From contig MU057560.1 in NCBI GenBank assembly GCA_013265495.1, positions 2,974,909 through 3,038,908 of the forward strand: DNA of 64,000 nucleotides. Direction: 5' to 3'. The number at the start of each line of letters is the position of its first letter. Within the stretch, counting starts at the first letter, position 1. The position numbers and the translations under genes are program-made. This document shows positions 50,196-63,504 of this stretch, one piece after another. Source of the stretch: Vicugna vicugna (Eukaryota). Under the pieces are notes generated by a model. The model did not search any database. It saw only the letters and a list, made by a program, of their open reading frames with translations, and was not told the DNA's origin.

Positions 50196-52950
50196 GTAAC
50201 AGTGTGTGAAGCCCTCAACCAGCGTCTCGAGTGCTGTGATGCCAGGAGACGCTGGGGCGGCACCTTCCTCGTTCTTCACCCCTTTTCGCCTCGATTGGCT
50301 CACCTTTTCTCTTGGTCTCCTGCTGAGATCATTTAGGGGGCAAAACCTGCTGGGGCCACTGGACGCTGGCTTTCTGTCCGGGGTCGGGGTCGGGGTGTTA
50401 ATGACACGCCCTTCCTGAGCAGCCACTCCTGGAGGGCCACCCGGCGATGCCCGCGTGAGCGCTGTCCCACCAGGATTTGAGGGCCCCGATGTCACTGACT
50501 CGTGTCAGTGAACTGAGTCGGGCGACAACCCTGGGACTTGAAAGGCACGCCTGCCCCTTGGGGCTCCCAGGAGCCCCGGTCTGTGTGTGCAGGTCCCCAG
50601 CCCCACACGTGGGTGCAGACGCCCAGTGCCCTGTGGCCAAGTAGGTGGTGGGCGGGAGGATACGGGCCTTTCTAAGCATCGGCCGGAGGCCACACCCCAG
50701 GGGCTTTGGTCCTGTAACCCCATGCGCTCACAGCAGCCCCCCGGTAAGTGTCCACACCTCGTGCTACACATAAGGTTAGGTTCTGAGCAGTGACCTCTGT
50801 GGCTGAGTCAAGGTCACAGATCTGGCAGTGGCCAGCTGGCCTGGCCCATCGCTGGCCACACGCCGGCCGCCTCCCCGGGGGCTTCGCAGGGCCCGACGCC
50901 CAGGTGGGATCTCCCTCACGTTGCCGTCACTGGAGAGGCCAGGGCTCCTGTTCTGTTAGCACCCACTCTGCCTGGGGCCTGGACCCCCACCCACCCACAG
51001 TGGTCCCCTCCCGGGCAGTCGCCAGCCTTGCTGGGATTCTCAGGCCCGAGGACTTACCCGAGGGCTTATGAGGCCAGGGACCGTCACTGCCGACCCCCGT
51101 CCACCGTCCACCAGGGCACAGCCTCCCTGCCAGAGGAACCGCCAGGATCCCAGAGCTGCCCTTTCGTGACCTCGGGCAGGTGTGAGGTCTGAGCCTTCCC
51201 TGCCCACCAGGGCTGTCCTGTCTACTTGTTCGGACGTCAGCCTCCCCACTGACTGCAGCCTTGGCCCCAGCTGTGCTCCGACTGGAATCTCGTCCGAGGC
51301 GAGCGGGAGCTTTCCTTAACTTTCATCCAAACCCCCAGCTTTTCTCCCCGAGGCCGGGCCGAGGCCAGGGCAGGGGTGGGGCGCTGGCCCGGGGAACTGC
51401 AGGGCCCTGCTCAGGCAGACGCGCCCCAGGACCCGGGTCACGTGGGGACACCCGCCTGGAGTCTGTTCTGCGGCAGAAGTTGGGGCACCAGATGGCCCTG
51501 ATGACCCCCTGAAGGGCACATCTCTCAGCACTGTCCTCCTCTGGCAGGGCCTCATCCCCCGGCGTCCTGGAGGGCTCCCCCACCTCAGCCCCCACTGCAA
51601 GCATTTCCCACGTGCCTGCTCCCCTGTCCCTGACCAGAAGCAGTCTCACCCCTGAGGACAAGGCCGGGCGCGGGGGCCCAGTTCAGGACGCGGGCTGGAC
51701 TGGGCTCCCGGGACGCAGACATAGAGCATTCCTGCCCGGAGCCCGGGGCCTGCCTGCCGTCCCCCTGTGACCTGTCATCCCTATGGGGGCCCTGGCTGCC
51801 CATTTGGGTCTTTTTTGATGTCACTGTGACTCTTGGGTCCTGGTGGCACCTGTGCACGTTTGATGTCACAATGAATTCTAAGGGTCTTGTCCCTGACCTG
51901 GCTGTTGAGGGGTGACCACCCAGACGGTGCGGTCAGGCCGCTCCAGGGCCCAGGCTCCACTGTGCTCGGGTCGGAGGGTGAGCTGCAGGCTGGGCGAACA
52001 CGGCCCCCAGTGAGGAGCCGGCCGGTGGGCATCACAGGAGGTCCCGGCTCTGGTGAGCGGGTCAGCACCTACGCAGAGCTCACGGGAAGCCTCCCGCTGA
52101 CACCCAGCCAGGCGCCCTCCTCCCACGCCTCCCATGGCCCGCTCGCGTCTGGGGGCACACACGTCTGCAGCCCGGCCCTCCGGGGCCACACGCTCCCCAT
52201 GGATGCCTCTGCCTCCTTGTCTTCGGCCAGAGCCCACCATGGAAGACCCTGGAAGGCTGGAGGCCCTGCTGCCGGGCTTGCTGGCACCTCGAACACCCCA
52301 ACCCAGTCAGAGACCCCGGGGAGGGACGGAGCCGCACAGCTGCGTCCCTGCCACCCGTGCAGACGGGCAGCTCTCCCGCTGAGCTGAGGCATGAAGTGTG
52401 GGTGTCCAGTGGTAGGTGGAGGCCAGAGGGCAGCACACGAAAGCCCCTCGACCACAGCAACTCTCCCTGGGGCGTTAGAGGGAGGAAGAGCAGCCGGGAA
52501 GCCACGGCAGCCTTTACGCCACACAGGGCGGAAGCCATCACCTGCAGGCAGATGTGCCCACCTGGTGCCCACGGGGCGACGTGACGCACCTCACAGGTGA
52601 CTAGCTCACAGGTAATTTAAGCCTTACCTGTGCAGGATCAGATACAGACGAAGGAGACGTCTGAGCAGCAGCCATGACCCTGATCCAAACAAACAGCCCA
52701 TCACACAGTGGAAGCAGCGGGTCAAACGCACGGCTGTCCTGTGCTGATCTCTGCGCAGGCGCCGGCAGAAGCTGACACAGCGGGAACCTACCCTCCTTAG
52801 CTCCTTCTCGGAAAGAGGGCCCTCGTCGTCCAGTCGCCAGGTTTTCAAGTGCGATGACTCTGAGCATCGAAGGCGAGCCCTGAAAGCGACCAGCTCTTAG
52901 CCTGGAAGCCTCTTCCTTTCGAGCGAAGGGCTCCGTCTCCACCTCGGTAG

Positions 52951-53220
<270 letters not shown>

Positions 53221-53479
53221 TAGGGTAGCTCTCTCCTTTCCTGTTCTCCTGGTTCTTCACGCTCTGGATGCTTGCGGTCACCTCCCCCAGACCATAGCGC
53301 TACCCGCTAGAACCTCGGTGGGGAGGACCCAGTGAGCCCCGTAAGGTTAGGTTGCTCTGGACAGGCCTCCCGGTGTCACAGGGACAGAGGCGCTGCGCTG
53401 CGATGCTGTTGTGTGCTGATGTGAGTCTCCTGTTCGGAGAGTACAAGTTGTGTATGAACTACTATTTAATATCTCGTAG

Positions 53480-53620
<141 letters not shown>

Positions 53621-53951
53621 GCAGCCGCCGCAGCGGCGGGGCCTTGCTTAAAGAAGGACGCCTCTTGCCGTCTGCTGCTGTGTTGCCAGGAAGTGTCACA
53701 CACGCACTTCTGTTTGAAGCAGTGTTATGCTCACCAGACTTCATGATGATTTCATGTCTTGCTCTGAAGATAGTACCTGCAGAATAGTTCTGAATCCATT
53801 CACATTTTGTGCGTTTCATATAAGCTGGCTTAGTGGACGTGCCATGTAATGTTTACAGCTGCTAATGTCTGCACACTTGGGGCATATATATTTCTGAAGG
53901 GGTAAGCTGATCCAAGTACATAGAGTGTACATTCTTTTTAATGCTTTAGTG

Positions 53952-53957
53952 ATTAAA
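53952..53957 (+). terminator. Candidate proximal polyadenylation signal ATTAAA
   Basis: Hexamer with upstream TGTA elements and a T/GT-rich tract after it. Usage unknown. Confidence 0.3.
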
Positions 53958-54079
53958 TGTTTTAGTGTTTTGAACTGAAATGGACAAGAAAAAAAAGCTT
54001 TGAACGATCGTTTGGTCCTGCAGCCACTTTTTAGATGTTATCATTTTGCCTCATGTTGGAGGATTTTACGGAATTTAAG

Positions 54080-54373
54080 NNNNNNNNNNNNNNNNNNNNN
54101 NNNNNNNNNNNNNNNNNNNNNNNNNNNNNNNNNNNNNNNNNNNNNNNNNNNNNNNNNNNNNNNNNNNNNNNNNNNNNNNNNNNNNNNNNNNNNNNNNNNN
54201 NNNNNNNNNNNNNNNNNNNNNNNNNNNNNNNNNNNNNNNNNNNNNNNNNNNNNNNNNNNNNNNNNNNNNNNNNNNNNNNNNNNNNNNNNNNNNNNNNNNN
54301 NNNNNNNNNNNNNNNNNNNNNNNNNNNNNNNNNNNNNNNNNNNNNNNNNNNNNNNNNNNNNNNNNNNNNNNNN
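54080..54373. other. Assembly gap (294 N)
   Basis: Run of N. Confidence 1.
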
Positions 54374-54452
54374 GGTGTGACTGTGGGAACTTCAGTTAAG
54401 ACAGGGACTCAGGAGAGGTGGATGTGACCTGAGGACCGCCTCTTCCATTTTC

Positions 54453-54458
54453 AATAAA
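54453..54458 (+). terminator. Candidate polyadenylation signal AATAAA
   Basis: Canonical hexamer in the 3' UTR. Usage unknown. Confidence 0.3.
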
Positions 54459-55184
54459 CTTTGGAACACGCTTCTCTTATCTCCCCGAGCCCCGTGCCCC
54501 CCGAGCTGTCTGTTATCGCAATGTGCTTTCTCTAACAGAACCTGTGTGTTTCCTTTAAGCTCAAAGACCGCGGGAGACTGTTTGTTTCCCCTTTCCACCT
54601 TCAACAGCTATGGTAACTGTCGTCGTCGGTATGATTTTACGCGTGGGGAGACAAGCAGATGATCCGAGAGGCCTCCAGCTGCCGGGCCGGCCTCTCTGCC
54701 CGCCTGGGTGGGAAGCAGCCCCGTAGCGTCCCCCCGCCCCCTGTCACTTTTGAGTAAGCGTGGGTCCCCCCCAGAGGCAGGACGCCGTGTCCTGCCTTCC
54801 GCTGGAGACCGCTTGACCACGGACACGTGCAGAGCTCTGTGTGGTTTGTCGCGACCTCCTCTGAGAATGAATGCAATCAGAGTTTAGGAGTAACTCAGTG
54901 TACTTCAGCACTTTCTGCTGCACACTAGATCATCGCGGACGCGTTTACACCCTGGAGACCCGCTTGTCTTCTCCCGCCGGCTGCACCATGTGTACGCGTA
55001 AGGCCGCTTCCCGCCGCTGCATCCCCGCCCCAGCGGTCCCGAGGGCGCCGCGCGGCCGCGCTTTCTGACTGACGTTGACCTGATGTACATGTGACAGCAT
55101 CCTTCCTTCCGTGTCTTGATGTTATGCAGGAAGTACAGAAGTACTTTAAAATTTTGTTATGGAGAAAAAGATGGGTTTTGTAAA

Positions 55185-55190
55185 AATAAA
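55185..55190 (+). terminator. Candidate polyadenylation signal AATAAA (inside an A-rich run)
   Basis: ttttgtaaaAATAAAaaaaaatattttt, with TGTA immediately upstream. The A-run could also cause oligo-dT internal priming artefacts. Confidence 0.35.
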
Positions 55191-56049
55191 AAAAAATATT
55201 TTTAGCAGAACAGGACTTACAGGGTCATTGTCCCCACAACGTGCCAGTCGACTATTTGCACTTACCTTGCCCTATATATCCGTGCGGAGGTGTGCAATTC
55301 CCGCGTCAGTAGCCTTGCGACCCTGGCCCTGGAAGAATCTGAGGAGGCCGCCCGCTGCCCCGCGGGTGTCGGGGAGGGCGCTCACAGGGACCTCACAGCA
55401 AACGCTGACACGGTTCTCCACCTCGGTGTATATATGTGTACAAACACGTGTGCATCCCAGCAGCACTTCACACAGCTCGCTGTACAGAGCTTACAGTTCT
55501 CCAGGAGGACTTTGATAACGAGCTGGGAGAAGACGGTGTGATTCCTGGGGCTCCGCGGCACCTTCTCGGGGCCCTCTTCCTGTTGTGCGGTTAGTTGCGG
55601 CTGCCATGCTCAGAATTGCCTTCTCGAGAGCTGAAGCAAGGTGCTTCGCGTTCCGACGCCATATATACCACCGGGGCCCCCGGCCCCGCAGGGCCCCGCT
55701 GTTCATATCGGCATATGCATCCCCTCCCCGTGGTGTCTGCAGCTTCTTTGCCAATATAGTGATGCTTTCAGTAGAGTAATAGGTAGTGTCAGTTTGGGAT
55801 TTTTCTTGTCATCACCTGTGTACAATGGAAGGGGGTTTTAAGCACAAATCTGCTGCTCATCTAATGTTGGGACATAATGTCAAGTCAGAAGCTATCTGTC
55901 ACTGTTACCTAGGGAGTCACAGAAGTGTCACACGTTAGAATGCTGCCCTTTCAGAGGGAGTTGTCGTGAGTCATCGCAGCTTATTTATGATACCTTCTTG
56001 TTCACGTTCATTTCTCAGTTAACTTAAGTGATCATTTATGAAGACAGAA

Positions 56050-56260
56050 NNNNNNNNNNNNNNNNNNNNNNNNNNNNNNNNNNNNNNNNNNNNNNNNNNN
56101 NNNNNNNNNNNNNNNNNNNNNNNNNNNNNNNNNNNNNNNNNNNNNNNNNNNNNNNNNNNNNNNNNNNNNNNNNNNNNNNNNNNNNNNNNNNNNNNNNNNN
56201 NNNNNNNNNNNNNNNNNNNNNNNNNNNNNNNNNNNNNNNNNNNNNNNNNNNNNNNNNNNN
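56050..56260. other. Assembly gap (211 N)
   Basis: Run of N. Confidence 1.
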
Positions 56261-58611
56261 TTTGTAGTACGAGAGGTCTCTGCCTGGGTGAGCATCTTCA
56301 CTGGGCTCGGGAGGCGCCGGGCGGGGCCCCCAGGAGCGTCTCTCCGCCAGTCGCTCCAGTTTGCGGTTTGGGGAGGTCCGGTTCCCTGCCCCGAGGCACG
56401 TGAGAGCAGATGAGTCTTTAAATGATGTGATCAGCTGGGGAGGCCCGCGGCACCCTGCTGGTGGGGAAGCCATCCTGGCTCGTGAGTGAGTGTCTCCCCT
56501 GCTCTCTCCCCGGAGGTCACGCCACTCCCGGACGCCCGGACAGGGACGTCCCCACTCCCACAGCCTCCTCCTTAATGGACGTCACCGCTCAACACCTTCC
56601 ACGCCCTAAGTCCCCAGTGAACCAACAGCGTCCATCAGGGCTTTCCCAGGTCGGGCAGGTGTCACAAAGGCTCACAGTCGCTTCCAGGCACCACGCCTCT
56701 TGGGTCCGGCTCTGGGCCCCGGGCTCCTGAGCGGTTCCCCAGCCTCCCCATGTGTCCAGGCCACGGAGTTTAGAGAAATGTCCAGGTAGTCAGCTTTGTC
56801 GGATGGACGCCTACAGATGGCTCAGTTTCGAGGAAGACACTGTGTCCTTCTCAGCACTTCACACCCGGGGGCTCTGTGGTCACTCGGCCTGCGACCGGCT
56901 CCCTGGAAGGGTCCTCACCGTGTCACTTCCCCGTGATCCACAGGGACCACCCACAACACTTAAGTACCTTCCACATACTACTCGACAGTGGACTAGCCAC
57001 CTGCCCAGTGTCTCAGATTCCAGAAAGACTCACCTATAATAGACACACTCTCAAAATATAAAATTGGAGGAAGAAACGTTTTTCTTTGTTAAACAATCTT
57101 TGTTAAAGCCAAAACGTAGTCCCGGGGCGTCTTCTGCTCCGAGATGCAAGGCCATCAGAGCACCTCTGCCAGCACACGGGCTGGCCTCTCCCCTCACTGC
57201 CTGGTCACGGGCGTCAGTGCTGACGGGGGAGGGCAGGGCGCGCCCGAGGCTCCCGCCACGCCCGTCTCTCCAGACCACGGGCTCCCCCGTCGAAAGCCTC
57301 GTCTGTGGGGCCAAATGAAGTCAAAGTGGACGCTGGTGTGTCAGGGAGCGGCTGTCAGTGGCTTGGTTCCTTCAGCTGGATTGTGAAAAGCCGGCTACCC
57401 CTTGCCTGAGGATTGGTATAAAAATTTTGGAAAGTAGTTTAGCAATAATGTCGAAAGTCTTATAAAATTCAGATTTTTGACCCATTAATTCCAGAATTCC
57501 CTTCTAAAAATACCAAAACAGCTGTAAACACACTGAAATACGTGAAAACAATCCAAAAGTCTTATTCTAGAGGAACGCTTGAGCAACGGATGAGAAATGC
57601 ACTTTATGGAAGACCATGGAATTTACGGAATCAGAAACAACGGTTATAAAGGCTCGTTAGGGAGACCCTGTGATACAGTAAGTGAACAGGACAGAAGACA
57701 GAAGTATAAAAACATGAGGAGGCAGCCGAGCAGCAGCCAGTTTGGGTCAGACTGACCTGTGTTGGGGGCTGAGACGCACATTCCACGTCTGGGGGGGTGT
57801 CTGTCCAATCCTGTCCTCACCGCCCATCCCCGCCGCCCCCAGAGCAGCAAGCCTGGGCGGAAAGTCAAGGCTGGGGGAGGCGCACAGCTGGGAAGGCAGG
57901 TTGGAAGCCAGCACCTCCAGGTTCAGGGTGAGCCCGGGGAAGGCGGTGGAGAGACGCTCAGAGGTCCCCCAGGGCCCCGTCTAAAACCAGCCCACTGCGC
58001 AGATCCTACGAGGGCCAAAGGGGAGGCTGTGACAGCACTTCCATCACCTGGACAAAGAAATGAAGTTTTTAAAAAGTAAGCAGCCCAAGTGAGGGTTCCA
58101 GAGGGTTCAGGGGAGAGGCTCCGGGACTCCCAAGGTGGGCACCGCCTGGTCCTCTGGGCACTGAGGCAGAGAGGACCTGGAGCACAGCCGGGCACCAGGA
58201 CTCCCCCGGGGCGTCCACCTGGAGCCCAGCCCAGCGCGCAGCCTCCGCCCCGAAGCCCCGGCCCCACAGAGGTGGGATGTCCGGCCCCGCTCCCTCCTCC
58301 TCGGGAAGAGTCTCCAGGAGCAGGAGACACCCTTAGTGAGGACGGGGCATCGCTCGGCTGCCCAAGAGCCTCGTCCCTGCAGTCTGTCCAGGGCTTCCGT
58401 CCGTGGACCTCCCCCCGCTCCGCCGTGACCGCGGTCGCTGTCACACAGCAGAGCGAGACAGGAGAGCCCAGGCCATAAGCAATTTAAAATCAAGGACAAC
58501 AAACTTTATTCTTTGTCTTTTTGATCTGGAAGTTTATTCACAAAAGCCATCACATTGTTTCTCTCCGTGTGATCAGATTAAGGGCCTTGTTCATTTCCTT
58601 CTTTGTGTGGT

Positions 58612-58930
58612 TTTTCCCCCCGCAGTTTTACTGAGATGTAAGTTATCCCCGGGCAGGTTCAAGGTGCACAGCCCGATGGTGTGGTTCACAGACGCAGTGA
58701 AACGGTCACCACTGCAGCTTTAGTTAGGATCTCACCTCCCACGGAGATGCAGGAAGGAGAGAAAGCAAAGAAGAAAGGGGAACAATTTTTCCTGGGACGA
58801 GAACTCCCAGCGCCTGCTGTCCTGGTGCCTTCCCCGGCCGTCCTGCCGTGGTGCTGCCGTGGTGGACGCACGTCTCCGGCCCTTCCTCACCCAACTAGGA
58901 GTTTGTACTTTTGACCACCTTCCTCCAATG
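58612..58930 (-). mobile_element. LINE-1 (L1MA-like) 3' end fragment, GC-shifted
   Basis: cagttttactgagatgtaag...ttcaaggtgcacagcccgatgg...gtgaaacggtcaccac and actaggagtttgtacttttgaccaccttc match the recalled L1MA 3' end (cagctttattgagatataattg...tttaaggtgtacaacatgatg...gtgaaatgattaccac...actggaagtttgtaccctttgacc). Confidence 0.65.
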
Positions 58931-61900
58931 ACCCTGTCCTTTGTCCTTAGAGCTCTATTACCAAAATACCCCCCAAAATTGCTGGTTACTGTACAGACTG
59001 AATGAAGACCGAAAACAACACAAAGGGCAAGTCCCACCGCAGTAAATGCAGAGAGAGGACACCTGTCTGTGAAGGACGGCGCAGACACGTCCCAGCTCTG
59101 GGGGCACCTTCCTCCTGTGTCTGCTGCCGTGGCCTCGCCACGGCCTCCCGGCTGGTCCCGAGGTCACCTGACCTGCGCGAGGCCACACATGGTGGGGGGG
59201 GCTGCTGGAATCTCCCTTGCTTCCACAGATTGGAGTCACCTCCAGATTCTGACCCCATCCTCAGTTCTAAATTTTCTTCCCTCTTTTTTTCCCTCCTAAT
59301 TGACATTTTTTTTTCGGATTAACACAGATATGTTCCTGGCCACAGAGGGTCAAGGGACCGAGAAGGTGGTAGGTTACCAAGAGGAGGTTCTGGAAAACGA
59401 GAGCCTGGTAAACTCTGTCGGCTTCATCTGCTCCCTTGGGCTGCGCCCGCGGCACCCACCCCCAGACCCTGCCCTGAACTCGCCCCCTCTACCTCCTCGC
59501 TCTCCGCCAGCTCAGCGCGGGGTGGCCCGGTCAGTGATCGCACTGGAAGCGACCAGACTTCCTGCTTCCTCACCCCGACCTCAGCGTCAGAAGAGCTGGG
59601 AGTCTGCCGGTGGCTCAGGCGCTCAGGGAGCCCTCGCTCTGCGAGCGGCATCTTCTCGGGTGCCGTGTTGCCAAAACGATTTCCTGGAATCCAATGAAGC
59701 GTTGATTCGAAAAACGCCCGAACTACTTTAGGCTTATCTGATGCAAAGTACGAAAGCTAAGGTCGTGGTCACATTTTTAGAATTTTCATTCCTGCAGAAT
59801 AAGGCGAGAATCCCATCTCACGTCCCTGGATGAGAGCGCTGTGAAGCCTGGATCTGGCCTTCCACCTGTCTCCTTCTCTGATAAATGAAAGAGTTCGGGC
59901 TTAGCCCTGCCGAGGCCGCCTTACTTCCAGTCGCCAGTCCTCCCTCTGGTCAGGGTCCTCCCAGCTTCGTCCTCAGCGTCCCCGACCCCGGTACACAGCG
60001 ATGCTCACAGGGTCAAGTGAGGTGTCCCCGAGCCCCAGCTGCCTGTACGTGAGCGAGTCCGGTGTCTTTCGGTCAGAAGGTGCTGTGAGGATCTTAGAGC
60101 CAAGGGCAGGGTCCGTGGGGAGGGCTACTGGGCTCGGGCCGGAGGGCGGAGGGGACCAGCGGTGACCAGCGGCTCTGCTTTTGAGGGAAAACACTGGGAG
60201 CTGGTCCACAGGCCTCTGTTCCTCCCTAACAAGAGGACGTCTCCCCTCACGGGACTGGCGGCCAGGCCCCCAGCTGCGTTTCATTAACCACTGCTGGGTG
60301 CTCATGCTGGGTGCCGTGCAGACCAGAGTCCAGAATACGCCAACTGAAATGCGACTCTCTGGCGCAAGGGTTATTTGAGCTGAACATCTGGAGAAACAGC
60401 AGACGCTGGAGCAGCTCTGAAGACATGCTTTGAAGACAAGCAACCCCTTCGCAGGAGAACTTCACCGCTTGCGGGAAACCTCCACCTGGGAGGGGGGCTT
60501 CTCTCTGGGCAGGAGAGAAGGGTGTCTGCAAATCACCGGAGCCCCCGTCAGCGGGAAGGCCTGGCTTAACTCTGCGCGGCGACCGCATCTGTTCACCACA
60601 CGGGGCCCCCTTCCCGTACTGGCCTTCCCCTGCTTTTCCTTGATTTAGCTGAAGACGGCATTTAAACCCGGATTCTAAGCCACCACTTTGAGACCTTCAG
60701 CTCCCGGGCGTCCCCCCGGTGCGCAGGGGGTGTACTTGCTCACGGACGCCTGTTCTTCCCTTGTTCATCAGTCTGTTGCCAGGGGACCCACAGCACAGAC
60801 CGCAGAAGTGACACGGAGCAGGACCCAGCGAGGCCCTCCTGGGTACAAACGCCTTTCTGCGTCTCCCGTTTCTTGTCTGTAGGAAAAAGGCTTCAGCCTC
60901 CCTGACCTTCCCCGAGTTCCCAAGGGCAGACTCCAACAGCTGTCATCAGGGAAGGGAGGGGTGCAGGGACAGAAGCGTGCGGCCTCGGAGCAGCCCTGGC
61001 TCCTCCCCGGGACCTGCACCGCAGTGTCTCTGAGCTCTTCCTCAGGAACTGAGGCCCCACCCAGCTGGAGGATGCAGCTTCGGGCTGAGCACAGGAGCCC
61101 TGGAACCTCCCCACCGCCAGTCGGAAGACCATGCACCCCTGCAGCCCTCCCCTCGAGTCCCGCCCGTAAAACGTGCCCCCAAACCACCGAGGACCTGGGC
61201 TTCCTGAGCACCAGCCACCCCCTCCCTCGCTCGGCCCTGCAATGAGCCTTCCTCTGCTCCAGGCCCCAGCGTTCTGGTTCACTTGGCACAGGAACCTGCG
61301 TTCAGCCGCAGAGCAGCAGAGGGAAAGCCACTCTAAGAGCAGGCCCTGCCCTGGGCCCGGGAAGATCCGGGCCCACAGCACAGGAAGGGGAGCCTGGGAG
61401 CCCGAGGAGCTCCGCTCTAGGCCCGGCCCCCTGCAGCAGGAGGGGCACCGTGAGCCCTGCTCAGGCCACGCGGCGTGCTGCCGCCGGGCTGGGTGGATGC
61501 CGGCCCAGCCCCAGCTCAGACCTCTGCCCACCGGGCCGGGGCCACTTCCGGGCCCGGCCTCGGGAGCGGCCCCACACACGCTGCTGCAGTGCTCCCATAC
61601 TTGGCATTCCTTCTGGAACATTCCTCAGGTGACCCAGCAGGGAGGGGTGCAGTGCATTCCAGCCAAAGGCCTGCGTTCCCCCCGGGGCAGGTGAGGGAGG
61701 TGCAGGCCGGGCCGGCCCCTGGGGGCCTCAGCGAGCAGGGCAGAGCGCAATGGGGTCCCTGCTGTGACGGGTGGAGGGGCGCGAGGTGGGGCCAGAGGCT
61801 TAATTCTTCCTGGGAGGAGAGGTGACTTCCCACTCCCTTTTCTTCAGAAACCCTCTCTCTGTCCTTTGCAAACGTGGGTAAACTTCACGGCCAGAGTAAG

Positions 61901-62129
61901 TCTCCAGACTCTGAGACTCCAGCAGCTTCCCGAGGACCTGAGAGCACCCTCTGGGCTTTGGGTCCCCCAGGACCCAAGCCCCACCGTCCAGTTCCCTGGG
62001 AGGGGACGGGACTCCAAACTGTCGTGGGTTGTGCCCCCTGGCCGCAGGAGCTGAAGTCCTCCCTCCGCTGTGGGGCAGGCTGCCTGTGCCATCAAAGCTG
62101 GGGGCAGGAACGCCGTGTACCCGCCCTCC

Positions 62130-62520
62130 CAGCTACGAGGGCCAGTCTGGGAAATAAACTGACCACAGGCAAGTTAACAGGAGGAGAGACACAGACGTCG
62201 TTAACGTTTATATGATGTGCACAGGACGTCACCGGGCAGAAGACGAACCCCCCACATCGGTGGAACTCGACAGTCTAGGTAGGTACACCGTCACTGGGGA
62301 GGCGAGAGGACGCCAGCCCCCTAGGCGACATTCTTTAGGGAAGACGGCCTTAGAGGGCAGGGTGGAAGGGCTGCCAGTTTGTGACAGTTTCCCCTGCTCA
62401 GCCACCTCCCCTTCGGTGCTGTGACAAGTCATCCTTGGTAAAACCCTCGAGCAGGGGACCATGACAATGGGGTTCCTGTTGGAGGACCCCTCTGGGCAGG
62501 TGAGGGGGGGACCATGATAT
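62130..62520 (-). mobile_element. ERV1-class LTR remnant (MER34/MER39-like)
   Basis: gaaataaactgaccacaggcaagttaacaggaggagagacacagacg resembles the antisense R/U5 motif aattgacacaagacagattaacaggagaaaagcatac of these LTR families. Boundaries approximate. Confidence 0.45.
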
Positions 62521-63504
62521 CCTAAAATTATTTGAATTATTCGGAGCTGAAGGCAGCCAGGACCCCGCAGATCAGGTCTCCAGCCGACCCTGGCCCACCA
62601 CTGAGTGCGTGGGTACCTTGTGCCCTTTGTTCAGCCCTGGGCGGGGCGACATGCTGCCGGGGGCCGGCTCCTCTGTGCTCAGATGCTGGTGGGGCTGCGT
62701 GTGGACCGGAGAAGCCTGCAGAGGACGTGGGCCGCGTGGAACCAGCACCCACAGAGGCCACGGAGGATCTGTCGGGGCTCCAGCTCCCGAGAACGGGCGG
62801 TCAGCCCCAGGGCTGAGCCCGCATGCGGCCGTGCTGATCTCACTCTAACAGCTGTAAGCGAGTGTGCTCAGTCAGCTGCCTCCTTTCCGAAATTTAAATT
62901 AAAAAATTAAGGCTTCAGATGGTCTGGGAGGAAGCACTGGAACTCACTGACTGAAGATTCAAGGTAAACGGGTTGCAGGACAAGGCAGGCGCTGTGCGGG
63001 GTCACGACCGAACACTGGGGCATTTATCAAACAAAACCAAGAGCTCTGGCCCAGAGAAACCAATCTCCGCCCACCTACGTGAGAAGTGGTCTTCCAGTTC
63101 ATGACAGCGAAATGACACCGTGGGCTTAAGGCTGTGTCTTCTCCCCTGGAAGGGGTCTCGGACGTCCCTCAGGTGAAGAGGACCCGGCACGCACGCACCG
63201 GCGCGCTCAGCGGCAGGTAAAGTGCAGCACAGGTGTGCCTGTGTGTCTGCACGCACTGCTTCCAGAGAAGACACGTTCCCCACCGTGGCACTAATTCTAG
63301 AACTTTGAGTGTAGGGGCTGAACTGCGGGCGCAAACCAGGCTCCGGGTCGCAGACACCGCCTGGCCCCGGATGTAGCCACACCTTGTCCTGCACTGACCC
63401 CCTAGCCCCACTTCATCCCTTCAGGGTTTGCTGCAATCCAGACCGCCTCCCGGGCCCTCCCCCTCCTTCAGCCTGGGAGCAGCCCAGGAGGAGGACAGGC
63501 CTGC

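Larger units (their letters stand above)
53621..56260 (+). other. MYT1L: MYT1L 3' UTR (3' end uncertain, probably within the second gap)
   Basis: Follows the stop codon. U/A-rich tracts with miRNA-seed, PUM and ARE-like motifs run up to the gap at 56050, and ordinary GC-rich flank resumes after 56261. Confidence 0.65.

Noticed and set aside
54000-56473. ORFs containing X runs
   Set aside because: Artefacts of translating across N gaps.
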